The notes under the pieces are model-generated. The model was not told where the DNA came from and did no database searches. It worked only from the letters and a program-made list of their open reading frames with translations. A stretch of DNA of 64,000 nt from a candidate division TA06 bacterium. GTDB lineage: Bacteria > Edwardsbacteria > AC1 > EtOH8. Below, piece by piece: positions 11,724 to 21,423 of this stretch. Position 1 is the first letter of the stretch, and every line of letters starts with the position of its first letter. The stretch covers positions 218,543 through 282,542 of the forward strand of contig JACRJI010000012.1 in assembly GCA_016235665.1 (NCBI GenBank). Direction: 5' to 3'. Position numbers and translations under genes: made by a program.

Positions 11724-13802
11724 ATGGTTCATACCAAGGAAATGGAGATCGGCGGCCGCAAACTCATCATCGAGACCGGCAGGATCGCCAAACAGGCCCA
11801 CGGCTCGGTGACGGTGCGCTGCGGAGGGACCGTGGTGCTGGCGACAGCAGTAGGCTCCGATTCGCCCCGGGAGGGAATCGATTTCTTTCCCCTGTCGGTG
11901 GAATACCGGGAGCAGGCCTATGCCGCCGGAAGGATCCCCGGAGGATTCTTCAAGCGCGAGGGCAAGCCCCGGGACAAGGAGATTCTTTCGGCCCGGCTGA
12001 TAGACCGGCCCATCAGGCCGTTGTTCCCAGAAGGCTACCGGAACGAAGTGCAGATAGTCTGCCTGATCCTTTCGGCCGACCGGGAGAACGATGCCGACAT
12101 CCTGGGTCTGACCGGTGCCTCGGCCGCCCTGTCGCTGTCCGACATTCCCTTTAACGGGCCGATAGCCGCGGTGCGGGTGGGCAAGGTGGGGAACGATTTC
12201 ATCATCAATCCCACCTTTCAGCAACTGGAGCAGAGCCGGCTGGACATAGTGATCGCCGGCAGCAAGGATTCCATCACCATGGTGGAGGCCGGGGCCCGCG
12301 AGGTCTCGGAGATAGAGATCATCGAGGCCATCGAATTCGGGCATAATTACATCAAGCAAATCATCGCCCTGCAGGACGAACTGGTGGCCCTGTGCGGCAA
12401 ACCCAAACGCAAGGTGGAGATCGTCCCGGTCAACCAGGCACTGCTGGAAAAGGTCAAAGGTTTGACCATTGACAAGATCCAGGCGGCCAATGTCCTGCCC
12501 CACAAGGAAGAGCGGCAGGATGCCATCAAGAAGATCTGCCAGGATGCCGCCGAGGCTCTGAAGGAAGAATTCACCGAGACCGGCAAGCAGATCAACGCCA
12601 TGGTGGAGGAGATCCAAAGCCACGACCTGCGGGAGCGGATATTAAGCAAGGGCCAGCGGGCCGACGGCCGGAGCCTGACCCAGATCCGGCCCATCACCGG
12701 GGAGATTGGGTTTCTGCCCCGGACCCACGGTTCGGCAATCTTCACCCGGGGCGAGACCCAGAGCCTGGCGGTGACCACTCTGGGCACGGCCTCCGACGAA
12801 CAGCGGATCGAGGACCTGGAGGGTGAGTACTCCAAGAGCTACATGTTGCACTACAACTTTCCGCCATTCTCGGTGGGCGAGGTCAAGCCCATCCGGGGAC
12901 CGGGACGGCGGGAGATCGGGCACGGCGCCCTGGCCGAGCGGGCGGTGGCCCCGGTGATACCATCCGAAGATATTTTTCCCTATACGGTCCGGGTGGTCTC
13001 CGACATCCTGGAATCGAACGGCTCATCCTCCATGGCCTCGGTCTGCGGAGCCTCGCTTTCGCTGATGGACGCCGGGGTGCCCATCAAGGCGCCGGTGGCG
13101 GGCATCGCCATGGGTCTGGTGATGGAGCAGGGCCGGGTGGCCATCCTTTCCGACATCATGGGGCTGGAGGATCACCTGGGCGACATGGACTTTAAGGTGG
13201 CCGGCACCAGGGACGGCATTACCGCCCTGCAGCTGGACATCAAGGTGCAGGGATTGAACAAGGATATCCTGGAAAAGGCCCTGGCCCAGGCCCACCAGGG
13301 GCGGATGCACATCCTGGGCGAGATGGAGAAGATCATCTCCGCACCCAATGCCGAGATCTCGGTCTATGCACCCAGGATATTGGCGTTGAACATTCCAGTA
13401 GAGAAGATCGGGATGATCATCGGACCCGGCGGTAAGATGATCCGGGCTTTGCAGGAGGAATTTTCGGTCAAAATTGACATCAGCGACGAAGGCAAGGTCA
13501 CCATCGCTTCAGTCGATGTGGGCGGAGCCCAGGCCTGCTTTGAGAAGATCAAAGCCATGACGGTGGAAGCCGAGATGGGCCGGATCTACCAGGGCCGGGT
13601 GGTGAAGATCATGAACTTTGGGGCCTTTGTGGAATTCATGCCGGGCACCGAGGGGCTGGTCCATATCTCCGAGCTGGACAAGACCCGGGTCAACAAGGTG
13701 GAGGACATTGTCAAGGAGGGAGACTCCATTACGGTCAAGCTGATCAAAGTTGATCCCGATACCGGGAAGTACAGCCTTTCCCGCAAGCAGGCATTGGCTT
13801 AG
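11724..13802 (+). CDS. pnp: Polyribonucleotide nucleotidyltransferase
   Basis: DFFPL, RLIDRP, FTRGETQ, RREIGHG, SNGSSSMAS, DMDFKVAGT motifs; KH and S1 domains. Confidence 0.98.
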   Translation: MVHTKEMEIGGRKLIIETGRIAKQAHGSVTVRCGGTVVLATAVGSDSPREGIDFFPLSVEYREQAYAAGRIPGGFFKREGKPRDKEILSARLIDRPIRPLFPEGYRNEVQIVCLILSADRENDADILGLTGASAALSLSDIPFNGPIAAVRVGKVGNDFIINPTFQQLEQSRLDIVIAGSKDSITMVEAGAREVSEIEIIEAIEFGHNYIKQIIALQDELVALCGKPKRKVEIVPVNQALLEKVKGLTIDKIQAANVLPHKEERQDAIKKICQDAAEALKEEFTETGKQINAMVEEIQSHDLRERILSKGQRADGRSLTQIRPITGEIGFLPRTHGSAIFTRGETQSLAVTTLGTASDEQRIEDLEGEYSKSYMLHYNFPPFSVGEVKPIRGPGRREIGHGALAERAVAPVIPSEDIFPYTVRVVSDILESNGSSSMASVCGASLSLMDAGVPIKAPVAGIAMGLVMEQGRVAILSDIMGLEDHLGDMDFKVAGTRDGITALQLDIKVQGLNKDILEKALAQAHQGRMHILGEMEKIISAPNAEISVYAPRILALNIPVEKIGMIIGPGGKMIRALQEEFSVKIDISDEGKVTIASVDVGGAQACFEKIKAMTVEAEMGRIYQGRVVKIMNFGAFVEFMPGTEGLVHISELDKTRVNKVEDIVKEGDSITVKLIKVDPDTGKYSLSRKQALA

Positions 13803-13833
13803 TTTTCAGCCTAATACAAGTTTCAGGCCACGG

Positions 13834-13866
13834 AAAAAGCGCTCCGCATTTAGCGGAGCGCTTTTT
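13834..13866. terminator. Rho-independent terminator after pnp
   Basis: AAAAAGCGCTCCGC-ATTTA-GCGGAGCGCTTTTT. Confidence 0.9.
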
Positions 13867-13947
13867 CTCTTGCTTTTTCAAGCCGTTGGTGATATAAATA
13901 CAGTTTAGTTGGTTGGGGGATTGAACAGATAAAATTTAAGGTGAAAA

Positions 13948-15939
13948 ATGAAAAAAATATTATATGCCACGCTGGGCCTTATTATCACCTCTTCAATCTG
14001 CACCGGAGCTTTTGAAATCGAACGAAAGGTTTCCGGCCGTCTGTGGCAGTCGTATATCCGAAGCGCTGCCGGGGAACAGCTTGTTTGCTGGATAAAATTC
14101 AAGGATAAAGGCGGAGAGAAAAGATTCCCGGTTCTCTCTTCCGCCGCCGAAAAAAGAAGGGCCAAGGCAGGAAGATCTTTAAGCTACGGCGATCTGCCGG
14201 TAAATGCCGATTACCTCAGAATGGTTAAGGAAAGCGGAGGAAAGATCAGGGTTGTCAGTTCCTGGCTGAATTCGGTGAGCGGGCAGTTCACCAAACAGCA
14301 ATTGGATAAGGTTGCAGCATTGGATTGCGTAGAAAGGATTGACCTGGTTTCGGTTTTCACTGCTCCGTCGCCGGAAGTCACAGAAGCCGAGACAAAACCC
14401 AAAGCAGTTTCAGCCCTGGATTACGGCTATGCCGGCACCCAAATAAAACTGCTTCGCATCAACGAGCTTCACGATCTGGGTTACACCGGAGCAGGTATCC
14501 GTATTTTGATCATCGATACCGGTTTTGACAGGTTGCATCAGGCCCTTTTGAGTGTCAGCGTATTAGCCGAGCGGGATTTTCAAAGAATTGTGCATCCCCG
14601 GGATCAATATGGAGATGAAGATACTTTAGTTTGGCGGCCAGACAGCATTACCTCATTTGAGTATATTCAGGATACCACCAGACAACAGACCCAGCATGGT
14701 ACAGCCATGCTTTCCATTGTCGGGGCAAACATGCCTGGTACCCTGATCGGCAGCGCCTACAATGCCGATTTTGTGCTGGCCAAAACCGAAAAGTTATTCT
14801 CCTATAATGGGACTTATACGGATATTTACCAGGAAGAGGATTGGTGGGTGGCGGCTTTGCAGTGGGGCGATAGTATGGGTGTGGATATTGCTACCAGTTC
14901 CTTGGCCTATCGGCAGTGGGGGGATACCACGTTCAGGGCTTCCTATACTTACAGCCAGATGAACGGCGAGGTGGCATTTTGCAGCCAAGCCGCTGACAGT
15001 GCTGTTTCCCGCGGAATAGTTGTACTGAATGCCAATGGTAACGTCAGTAGCAACACCAGGCCCGACACCTGCATCGTGGCCCCGGCCGATGCTAAAAACG
15101 TTATTTCGGTGGGAGGGGTTTGGCCCACTACACAATTGTGGGCTAGTCCTGCGGCCGGCGGTGGAACTGCCACCGGTCCCACGGCGGACAGCATCAAGAT
15201 AAAACGTTTTGGCGGAAGCGATTCAGCATGGATCAGAAGGATCAAGCCGGACATAGCCTCCGCCTGGCTAAACGCATTTGCCAACAATATGGACACTGTC
15301 AGTTACAGCCAGATACTCAATGGAACCGGGACGTCTGGGGCTACTGCTCTGACCGCTGGTCTGTGCGCCCTGCTGCTGGAGGCTCATCCAACCTGGGGTC
15401 CCAAGCAGGTGATGGATGCCATAAAATACAGCGGTAGCAACCGCTATACCGTGGAAACTTACCTGGCGCACCCCGAAAGCATCGGTACCGGTCAAAGCAA
15501 TTTTGCCGCCATGACCTCAGGACACCGTTATTATATCGACAGCACCGGCACCGTACTAGATATGTTGGATGCTTACCGCATAGGCTGGGGCATACCCGAC
15601 GGGGTGGCGGCTTTGAACTACACCGGGGTGGAGCAACTTCCTCCGGACAATAATATATATATGGGGTTCCAATTGTATCCCAACGCTCCCAATCCTGTCA
15701 ACAATGAAACAATTATTTCCTACCGATTGCCTAAAGCATCCAGGGTTTCATTGGGCATATACAATATCCTGGGGCAACCGGTCCGGAGGATAGATCTGGG
15801 CATACGGCCGCAAGGGAGCCATAGTATAAAATGGGATGGCTGTGATGCTAACAGATCAAAAGTGTCATCCGGAGTGTATCTCTACCGCCTGGTAGCGGGT
15901 GAGTTCAAAGCAACCGGTAAGATGCTGATCGTCAGATAA
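13948..15939 (+). CDS. Secreted S8 (subtilisin-like) serine peptidase with C-terminal FlgD-Ig domain
   Basis: Catalytic IIDTG, HGT and GTSG motifs; signal peptide; C-terminal NAPNPV...IYNILGQ...WDG...GVYLYRL. Confidence 0.9.
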   Translation: MKKILYATLGLIITSSICTGAFEIERKVSGRLWQSYIRSAAGEQLVCWIKFKDKGGEKRFPVLSSAAEKRRAKAGRSLSYGDLPVNADYLRMVKESGGKIRVVSSWLNSVSGQFTKQQLDKVAALDCVERIDLVSVFTAPSPEVTEAETKPKAVSALDYGYAGTQIKLLRINELHDLGYTGAGIRILIIDTGFDRLHQALLSVSVLAERDFQRIVHPRDQYGDEDTLVWRPDSITSFEYIQDTTRQQTQHGTAMLSIVGANMPGTLIGSAYNADFVLAKTEKLFSYNGTYTDIYQEEDWWVAALQWGDSMGVDIATSSLAYRQWGDTTFRASYTYSQMNGEVAFCSQAADSAVSRGIVVLNANGNVSSNTRPDTCIVAPADAKNVISVGGVWPTTQLWASPAAGGGTATGPTADSIKIKRFGGSDSAWIRRIKPDIASAWLNAFANNMDTVSYSQILNGTGTSGATALTAGLCALLLEAHPTWGPKQVMDAIKYSGSNRYTVETYLAHPESIGTGQSNFAAMTSGHRYYIDSTGTVLDMLDAYRIGWGIPDGVAALNYTGVEQLPPDNNIYMGFQLYPNAPNPVNNETIISYRLPKASRVSLGIYNILGQPVRRIDLGIRPQGSHSIKWDGCDANRSKVSSGVYLYRLVAGEFKATGKMLIVR

Positions 15940-15959
15940 TATGGTTTTGAATGGTGAAC

Positions 15960-15991
15960 AAAAAAGCCCCGCTGTAAGCGGGGCTTTTTTT
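15960..15991. terminator. Bidirectional terminator between convergent S8 and Kelch genes
   Basis: AAAAAAGCCCCGC-TGTAA-GCGGGGCTTTTTT. Confidence 0.9.
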
Positions 15992-16009
15992 GCTGTCCCA
16001 AGGTAAATG

Positions 16010-19000
16010 TTATTTGATCAGGTTCATGGTCCGGGATGCCGAGGTTCCATTGACGGTCAACCGGTAGAAGTAAACGCCGGTGGCGGCCTGCCGTCCGGAT
16101 TCATCCCGCCCGTTCCAGGAAACGGTGTAGCGGCCTGCCATCTGGGGACGGTTCACTATTGTCTTCACCAGCTGTCCGGCCACGTTGTATATCGCCAGTT
16201 TCACCGGTCCGTCAGCCGACAGCTGATAGCTGATGGAGGTATTGTCTCTTAGCGGGTTGGGCCTGTTCTGCGCCAGCAAGGTTACGGAAGGTAAAGCGAA
16301 GGAGCTTCCCAGCACGTCCTTGGCATAATCGGTTTGGCCCGCGACGATCTTGAATTCCCTGACCGTTTCACCGGGTTCAGGAGTAAAGCTATAAGTGTTG
16401 TTGTCTTTGATGTTCACCGAAACCTGGCGGCTAAGGTCGGCCAGGTAACACTCCGTTCCGGCCGGGAATTCCACCGGCAGGGTGATGGTCAATTTGGTCT
16501 GGCCGTTGCATTCAACTGCAAAGTCCCAGGTCTGGCCGTCGCCCAGTTCCGGGCGGATATCGGTGCAGAACTGATCTTCTACCAGCCGGAAGTAACCGGA
16601 GGTCCCGGTCAACCCGGAGGGCGGTTCGGGGTAATCGTACTGATCTCGTTGAAGCGAAGCATCGGAGCTGAGCCCAAAGTGATTGTTGTCCGAACCGTTT
16701 CCATTTTCCACAGTCACCAGGGCCTGCCAGCCGTTAGGTTGCTTGTTGACCGGGGCCTTACCTGATTTATTTACTCCGTTGGGATAGATCACCAGATCGG
16801 TTCCAAAGCCATTGTCATTGCGGAAACTAAAGCCCCTGCCGGGTGTAAAATCAAGGTTGTTGGCGAACACCTCCGAAGGATACAGCCACTTGGTCCCGTC
16901 GTAGTAATAAGGCCCTGCCACCATGCCTGGTATCGTCACATTCATCCAGTCGATATTGAACATGAAGGGGCTGCCGATGTCGGCCCAGCCAGGTTCCAGG
17001 ATCAGGCTGCAGGGTTTGGACTGGTTAAAATTGCCGTAACTGCTGTCCGGTCCTTCAAAATTTATATTGGCTGTGCCGCCCAGCCTGTGCCGAAGCCAGT
17101 AAGCCTGTCCCAGCTTGTAGATGTTCCCGCTGCCAAAATTTGTTATTTCGCCGTAGTTTCCGCTACCCCAGATGAACAGGCGCCATTTGGTCTGGTCATA
17201 GTAGCCCAGTTCGTTTTCCAGCTGGCCGTAGATATTGGTCCCCCTGGCGTCGGCGGGGATGGATATCATGTGCCACTGGTCGTTGGGCACGGCTGTGCCG
17301 ATCGGGGTGGTGCCTGTCTGGAAATGGACAGAGTGGATGTAATAGTCACCCATGGCCGGGTAATAGCTGTAATTTCCGGCGGAGTCGCTGGCCACGATCT
17401 GGTACTGCAGGCCGCGGGGGAGTACAGATGTGCCAGGGATGGGACATTCGTAGTTGGCGTTACCGCTATTATAACTCATCACGCTGTTGCCGGTGTAACC
17501 GCTATAGCCTGCCGGGCCCCAGTACAGGGTCACCTGGCCCATTGCGGCGTTGTCGGTGATATTGACGGTGAAAGTGAGTCCCGATCCGGCGTACAGCGCT
17601 CCGTAGTTGGTATTGGGCACTGAGATGCTGGGCGGGGTGGTGTCATCAACCTTGGTGGTAAAATACCAGGGATTGACGTGCCCATTCAGCGCAAAGTTGT
17701 TGCCGGCCAGGTCCTGGGCAGTATTGATGGTTGCGGTTATGGTGCTGTTAGAGGGGAAAGCAGCATGACTAATGATCACCGTGTCACCGCTGGCGCTCCA
17801 GTTGTAAAACCAGCTACCGGGATCAGGGTTGCAGCTAAAGGAGAAAGTGCCGGGGTTAATAGTCTCCGAAAACCCTAGAATGATATCGGCATTGGGGTCT
17901 ATGTCTGTGTTGCCGTTGAAAGGGTAAGTTTGCACCAGTGAAGGCGCGGCCATGTCCAGGGTGAAGCTGGGATAGCTGTGATACCCGGACACGTTGCCGG
18001 CGGAGTCTATGGCCTCGACCCTCCAGAAGAAACGGGCATTGGTATAGCCATAGGCGCTTAGGTCTATAGTTGTGCCAGCTGACGTCAGGGTGGAATCATT
18101 GATTATCAAGTTGCTGAATGAATAGTCGCTGAGGGTGTCTACCTGGAACCGGTACCACTTGGCATCGGTTACGACAGACCATGAGAAATTAACGCTGGGA
18201 TTATTGGTGTGCCAGCCGTCAGATGGGGTGGCCGGGTAGGGGGTGGATGGCGGGGTCAGGTCCAGGGTCAGCCTCCGCACCGGGGACCAGGAGGAGCTAT
18301 CGGGGACTGCCCAGTCATAAGTTTTCACCCGCCAGTAAAAATCGCCTGCCGGAGAAAGAGTGACGCCGCCCAGGGAAGTGTCCGTGCCGGAATAGGATGT
18401 ATAGTCGGCGATATCAATCGTCATAAATGTGGGATCCGAGGAGACCTGAATCCTGTATCCATCGGCGGCGGGCACCTCTCCCCAATAAAAAACGGGACTT
18501 TGATTGTTGATCAGGGCGTTGTTAAGGGGCCTTATCAGCGGCGGAAAGTTGGGGGCCAGAGGATGATACTGCCAAACGCTGTCGCACTGGGCGTTCATGC
18601 CTTTATCGAATCCCCCGAAGAAGTAGATGACATTGTTCACCCCGTAAGCGCCCGCCCGGATGATGCTCAGGGGCAGGGAGTCGCCCGGGGCCCAGGTGTC
18701 AGTCTGGGGATCGTAGATGTCAACCCGGCGGGTGACATTGCCGGACAGGTCGATGGTCCCTCCCATCACGTAGATCTTGTTGTTCAGCACGGCTCCGGTG
18801 GCCATCCAGCGGCCCGGTCCTGGCATGGAGGTCTTACCGCTCCATGATCCGCCGGAAAATGAAGTGTCGTATTGGATCACCGAGTTTAGCAGTGCTCCGC
18901 TGTTGGTCCGGCCGCCTATGACGTAGATGTGGTTTTCGCCGTCCGAGCCCAAAGCCTTGACCACCACCGCCTCGGTGCGGCTCTGGGGCATGGGGGTGGC

Positions 19001-19549
19001 GGCTGAGACCGTGCCGCCGTTCAGGCGGAGAATCTCTACGGTTGAGTCTACCGCACCGCCAAAACGGGTTCCGCCCACCGCGTAAAGATCATGATCTATC
19101 ACCACCAGTCCGTGGTTCATCCGGGGGGTCTGCATCACCAGCCCGGGCACCGGATACCAGCCGGACATCCAGATGGGGTAATAGACGCTGTCGCCGTAAG
19201 CGCTCAGATCCTGAAGATAACCGCCGCAGGGGTATATAGTATCGTTGGTCCCGTTGGAGATGGTCACGGCCGCCAGGCCGTAAACCGGATGCGGATATTG
19301 GGGAATCCCCCAGGCCCCGTCGTGCCAGTTCTGGTTTCCGATCTCATAATAATAAACCCCGTTGATGGCGCTGCCGCCGCTGTTTCCCCCTATCACGGCT
19401 ATCATGGTGCCGCCGGCCAACTGCAGGCCGGTTACCGCCATGTCGTCAATCGGTCCTTGGGGGAGATGACTTTCCATTTGCCAGTATCCGGCCAGGGAGG
19501 TCCCGGCGAACAGGCTGAGCAATGCGATCGTTATAAATATTTTCTTCAT
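16010..19549 (-). CDS. Large secreted protein: Kelch beta-propeller, Ig/FN3-like repeats, Big_5-like domain, C-terminal FlgD-Ig domain
   Basis: Signal peptide; repeated YxxGG...YD...W Kelch motifs; YRIQVS/FYWRV repeats; C-terminal QNRPNP...YNVAGQLV...WNGRD...GVYFYRL. Confidence 0.85.
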   Translation of the reverse strand: MKKIFITIALLSLFAGTSLAGYWQMESHLPQGPIDDMAVTGLQLAGGTMIAVIGGNSGGSAINGVYYYEIGNQNWHDGAWGIPQYPHPVYGLAAVTISNGTNDTIYPCGGYLQDLSAYGDSVYYPIWMSGWYPVPGLVMQTPRMNHGLVVIDHDLYAVGGTRFGGAVDSTVEILRLNGGTVSAATPMPQSRTEAVVVKALGSDGENHIYVIGGRTNSGALLNSVIQYDTSFSGGSWSGKTSMPGPGRWMATGAVLNNKIYVMGGTIDLSGNVTRRVDIYDPQTDTWAPGDSLPLSIIRAGAYGVNNVIYFFGGFDKGMNAQCDSVWQYHPLAPNFPPLIRPLNNALINNQSPVFYWGEVPAADGYRIQVSSDPTFMTIDIADYTSYSGTDTSLGGVTLSPAGDFYWRVKTYDWAVPDSSSWSPVRRLTLDLTPPSTPYPATPSDGWHTNNPSVNFSWSVVTDAKWYRFQVDTLSDYSFSNLIINDSTLTSAGTTIDLSAYGYTNARFFWRVEAIDSAGNVSGYHSYPSFTLDMAAPSLVQTYPFNGNTDIDPNADIILGFSETINPGTFSFSCNPDPGSWFYNWSASGDTVIISHAAFPSNSTITATINTAQDLAGNNFALNGHVNPWYFTTKVDDTTPPSISVPNTNYGALYAGSGLTFTVNITDNAAMGQVTLYWGPAGYSGYTGNSVMSYNSGNANYECPIPGTSVLPRGLQYQIVASDSAGNYSYYPAMGDYYIHSVHFQTGTTPIGTAVPNDQWHMISIPADARGTNIYGQLENELGYYDQTKWRLFIWGSGNYGEITNFGSGNIYKLGQAYWLRHRLGGTANINFEGPDSSYGNFNQSKPCSLILEPGWADIGSPFMFNIDWMNVTIPGMVAGPYYYDGTKWLYPSEVFANNLDFTPGRGFSFRNDNGFGTDLVIYPNGVNKSGKAPVNKQPNGWQALVTVENGNGSDNNHFGLSSDASLQRDQYDYPEPPSGLTGTSGYFRLVEDQFCTDIRPELGDGQTWDFAVECNGQTKLTITLPVEFPAGTECYLADLSRQVSVNIKDNNTYSFTPEPGETVREFKIVAGQTDYAKDVLGSSFALPSVTLLAQNRPNPLRDNTSISYQLSADGPVKLAIYNVAGQLVKTIVNRPQMAGRYTVSWNGRDESGRQAATGVYFYRLTVNGTSASRTMNLIK

Positions 19550-19561
19550 CTTTGTCTCTCC

Positions 19562-20302
19562 TTATGGCCTGGCTGGGGGGATTGGAATGGTGTTGTCAAC
19601 CGGGGGTTCCTCGGTAGTTGGTGTGGTGGATGATCCGCCGGCCAGGGCCGCGGCCGCACCGCCGGCGCCCAGCAGTCCGATGCCTCCCCAGAACCACCAT
19701 TTTTTGTAGATCGGTTTTCCGCTGGAGGCCGGTTCGGGCATAGCCTGGGCCACCGGCTTTTTCCCGGCCTTCTGATCCTGTTTGTTATCGGATTTCTGGG
19801 CCTTCTGGTCAGTGGCCACCGAGTTAGCCAGGGTATAGGCTACGGTCTTCATGGTGCTGGTCAAAAGCTTGTCGATCTCGCCGGTGTAGTCCTCGGTGAC
19901 GCTGCGTTCTATCCGGCCGGTCTTGACGTCTATCATCCGCAGGTTTACCGTATAGGTCTTCCCCACCTTGCCCAAAGAGCCGCCGATGATCTTCTGTACC
20001 CCGATCAGCTGGCCGATCTCCACTGCGCAGGCATCGGTGTTGCAGGCGCCGCTCTGCTGAAAGCCCTGTTCCTTTAACACGTCCTGCATCTTGCCCCGCT
20101 CCATCACGTCGAAAGCCCCGGTGCGGAACAGCTCGGTGCGCAGCCGGTCGGAAAGGGCCGAGACCTCGTTCTCGGGCACGCCCTTGGGTTCCATGTCCAT
20201 CACCGCCACGCTGGCCCGGGTCTGGCTCTGGGCCAGCGCCAGGGAGGCCGTGAGCGGTGAAAGCAGGATATTAAGCGCCAAAAAAACGGATATCCACTTC
20301 AT
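19562..20302 (-). CDS. CsgG/HfaB/TolB-N-like exported protein with C-terminal hydrophobic segment
   Basis: Signal peptide; VAVMD...FDVMER..MQDVLKEQ...C...C..EIGQLIGVQKIIGGS...VNLRMIDVKTG pattern; KKWWFW followed by a Gly/Ala-rich TM. Confidence 0.7.
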   Translation of the reverse strand: MKWISVFLALNILLSPLTASLALAQSQTRASVAVMDMEPKGVPENEVSALSDRLRTELFRTGAFDVMERGKMQDVLKEQGFQQSGACNTDACAVEIGQLIGVQKIIGGSLGKVGKTYTVNLRMIDVKTGRIERSVTEDYTGEIDKLLTSTMKTVAYTLANSVATDQKAQKSDNKQDQKAGKKPVAQAMPEPASSGKPIYKKWWFWGGIGLLGAGGAAAALAGGSSTTPTTEEPPVDNTIPIPPARP

Positions 20303-20358
20303 TTTTGAGTTCGCTCCATTATGTTTTTTGTTTTATAACATTAGAAATATATCCAATT

Positions 20359-20387
20359 ATGATACTATGAAAGGGGATTAAAGTCAA
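20359..20387 (-). promoter_or_regulatory. sigma70 promoter of the CsgG-like/Kelch operon
   Basis: Minus strand TTGACT (20387-20382), 17 bp, TATCAT (20364-20359). Confidence 0.6.
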
Positions 20388-20434
20388 CAATATTTGAGAT
20401 TAATTTTGACTTAAAATCCGCCTCCGTATCAAAT

Positions 20435-20465
20435 AAAAATCCCGGCATGATATGCCGGGATTTTT
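20435..20465. terminator. Terminator after secF
   Basis: AAAAATCCCGGCAT-GAT-ATGCCGGGATTTTT. Confidence 0.88.
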
Positions 20466-20478
20466 ATGTAATGAAAAA

Positions 20479-21411
20479 CTATTTCTTGCGCTTGATGGGG
20501 GATTTTATTTCCCAGTCCACCACCAGGCTGGCCACGATGAAGATGGAAGAGTAGGTGCCGATGATCAGTCCGAACAGCATGGGCTTGGTGAAATCGGACA
20601 GCACCCGTCCCGAGAAAAGCTGCAAGGCGATCAGCACCAGGAAGACCGACACTGCGGTGACCAGGGTCCGGGACAGGGTCTCATTGATGGACCGGTTCAC
20701 CAGTTCGCCGTAGGTCTCCTTGTGGGGCTTCTTGACGTTCTCCCGGATCCGGTCGGCCACCACGATGGAATCGTTGATGGAATATCCGAGGATGGTCAGC
20801 AGCACCGCCATCGACTGCATGTTGAATTCCATGCCGGTCAGGGAGATGAAACCGATGGTGCAGGCCACGTCATGGAACAGGGAGATGATGGCCGCCACCC
20901 CGAACCGGAAGTCGAACCGGAAGTTGACATAGATCAGGATGAACAACAGGCCCACCAGGACCGCCCAAAGCGCCTTCAGCTGGAGTTCCTTGCCAATCTT
21001 GGGCCCCACGGTCTCGTCGCTGTCGACGGTCACCGCATTCTGCGGCAGCTTTTGGGTCAAAGCCTCGGCCATCTGCTGGCCCATGGACTGGTCCTTTCCC
21101 GCTGCGTCATTCTGAAGGCCGGTCCGGATCAGGAAGGCGTTCTTTATCTTGTCGGTGTCCTTGATCTTCTGGATCTCGGTGATGCTGAACCCGGCATCGG
21201 ATAAAGCGGTCCGGACCTGATCTGTATTGACGGGCGCTTGGAAATGCACCTGAAGCAGGGTTCCTCCTGTAAAATCAACCCCCAGCTTCAGGCCCCCGTG
21301 GGCCAGCACCGAAACTATGGCCACCACGGTGATGGCGATGGAAAATATATAGGCTTTATACCGGTTGGGTATAAAGGCGAACTTGGGAATGCTTTTGAAA
21401 ATTGAAATCAT
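20479..21411 (-). CDS. secF: Protein translocase subunit SecF
   Basis: LGVDFTGG, VGPKIG, FHDV, GYSINDSIVVADRIRE and GTYSSIF motifs. Confidence 0.97.
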   Translation of the reverse strand: MISIFKSIPKFAFIPNRYKAYIFSIAITVVAIVSVLAHGGLKLGVDFTGGTLLQVHFQAPVNTDQVRTALSDAGFSITEIQKIKDTDKIKNAFLIRTGLQNDAAGKDQSMGQQMAEALTQKLPQNAVTVDSDETVGPKIGKELQLKALWAVLVGLLFILIYVNFRFDFRFGVAAIISLFHDVACTIGFISLTGMEFNMQSMAVLLTILGYSINDSIVVADRIRENVKKPHKETYGELVNRSINETLSRTLVTAVSVFLVLIALQLFSGRVLSDFTKPMLFGLIIGTYSSIFIVASLVVDWEIKSPIKRKK

Positions 21412-21423
21412 GCTGCTGTCTCC

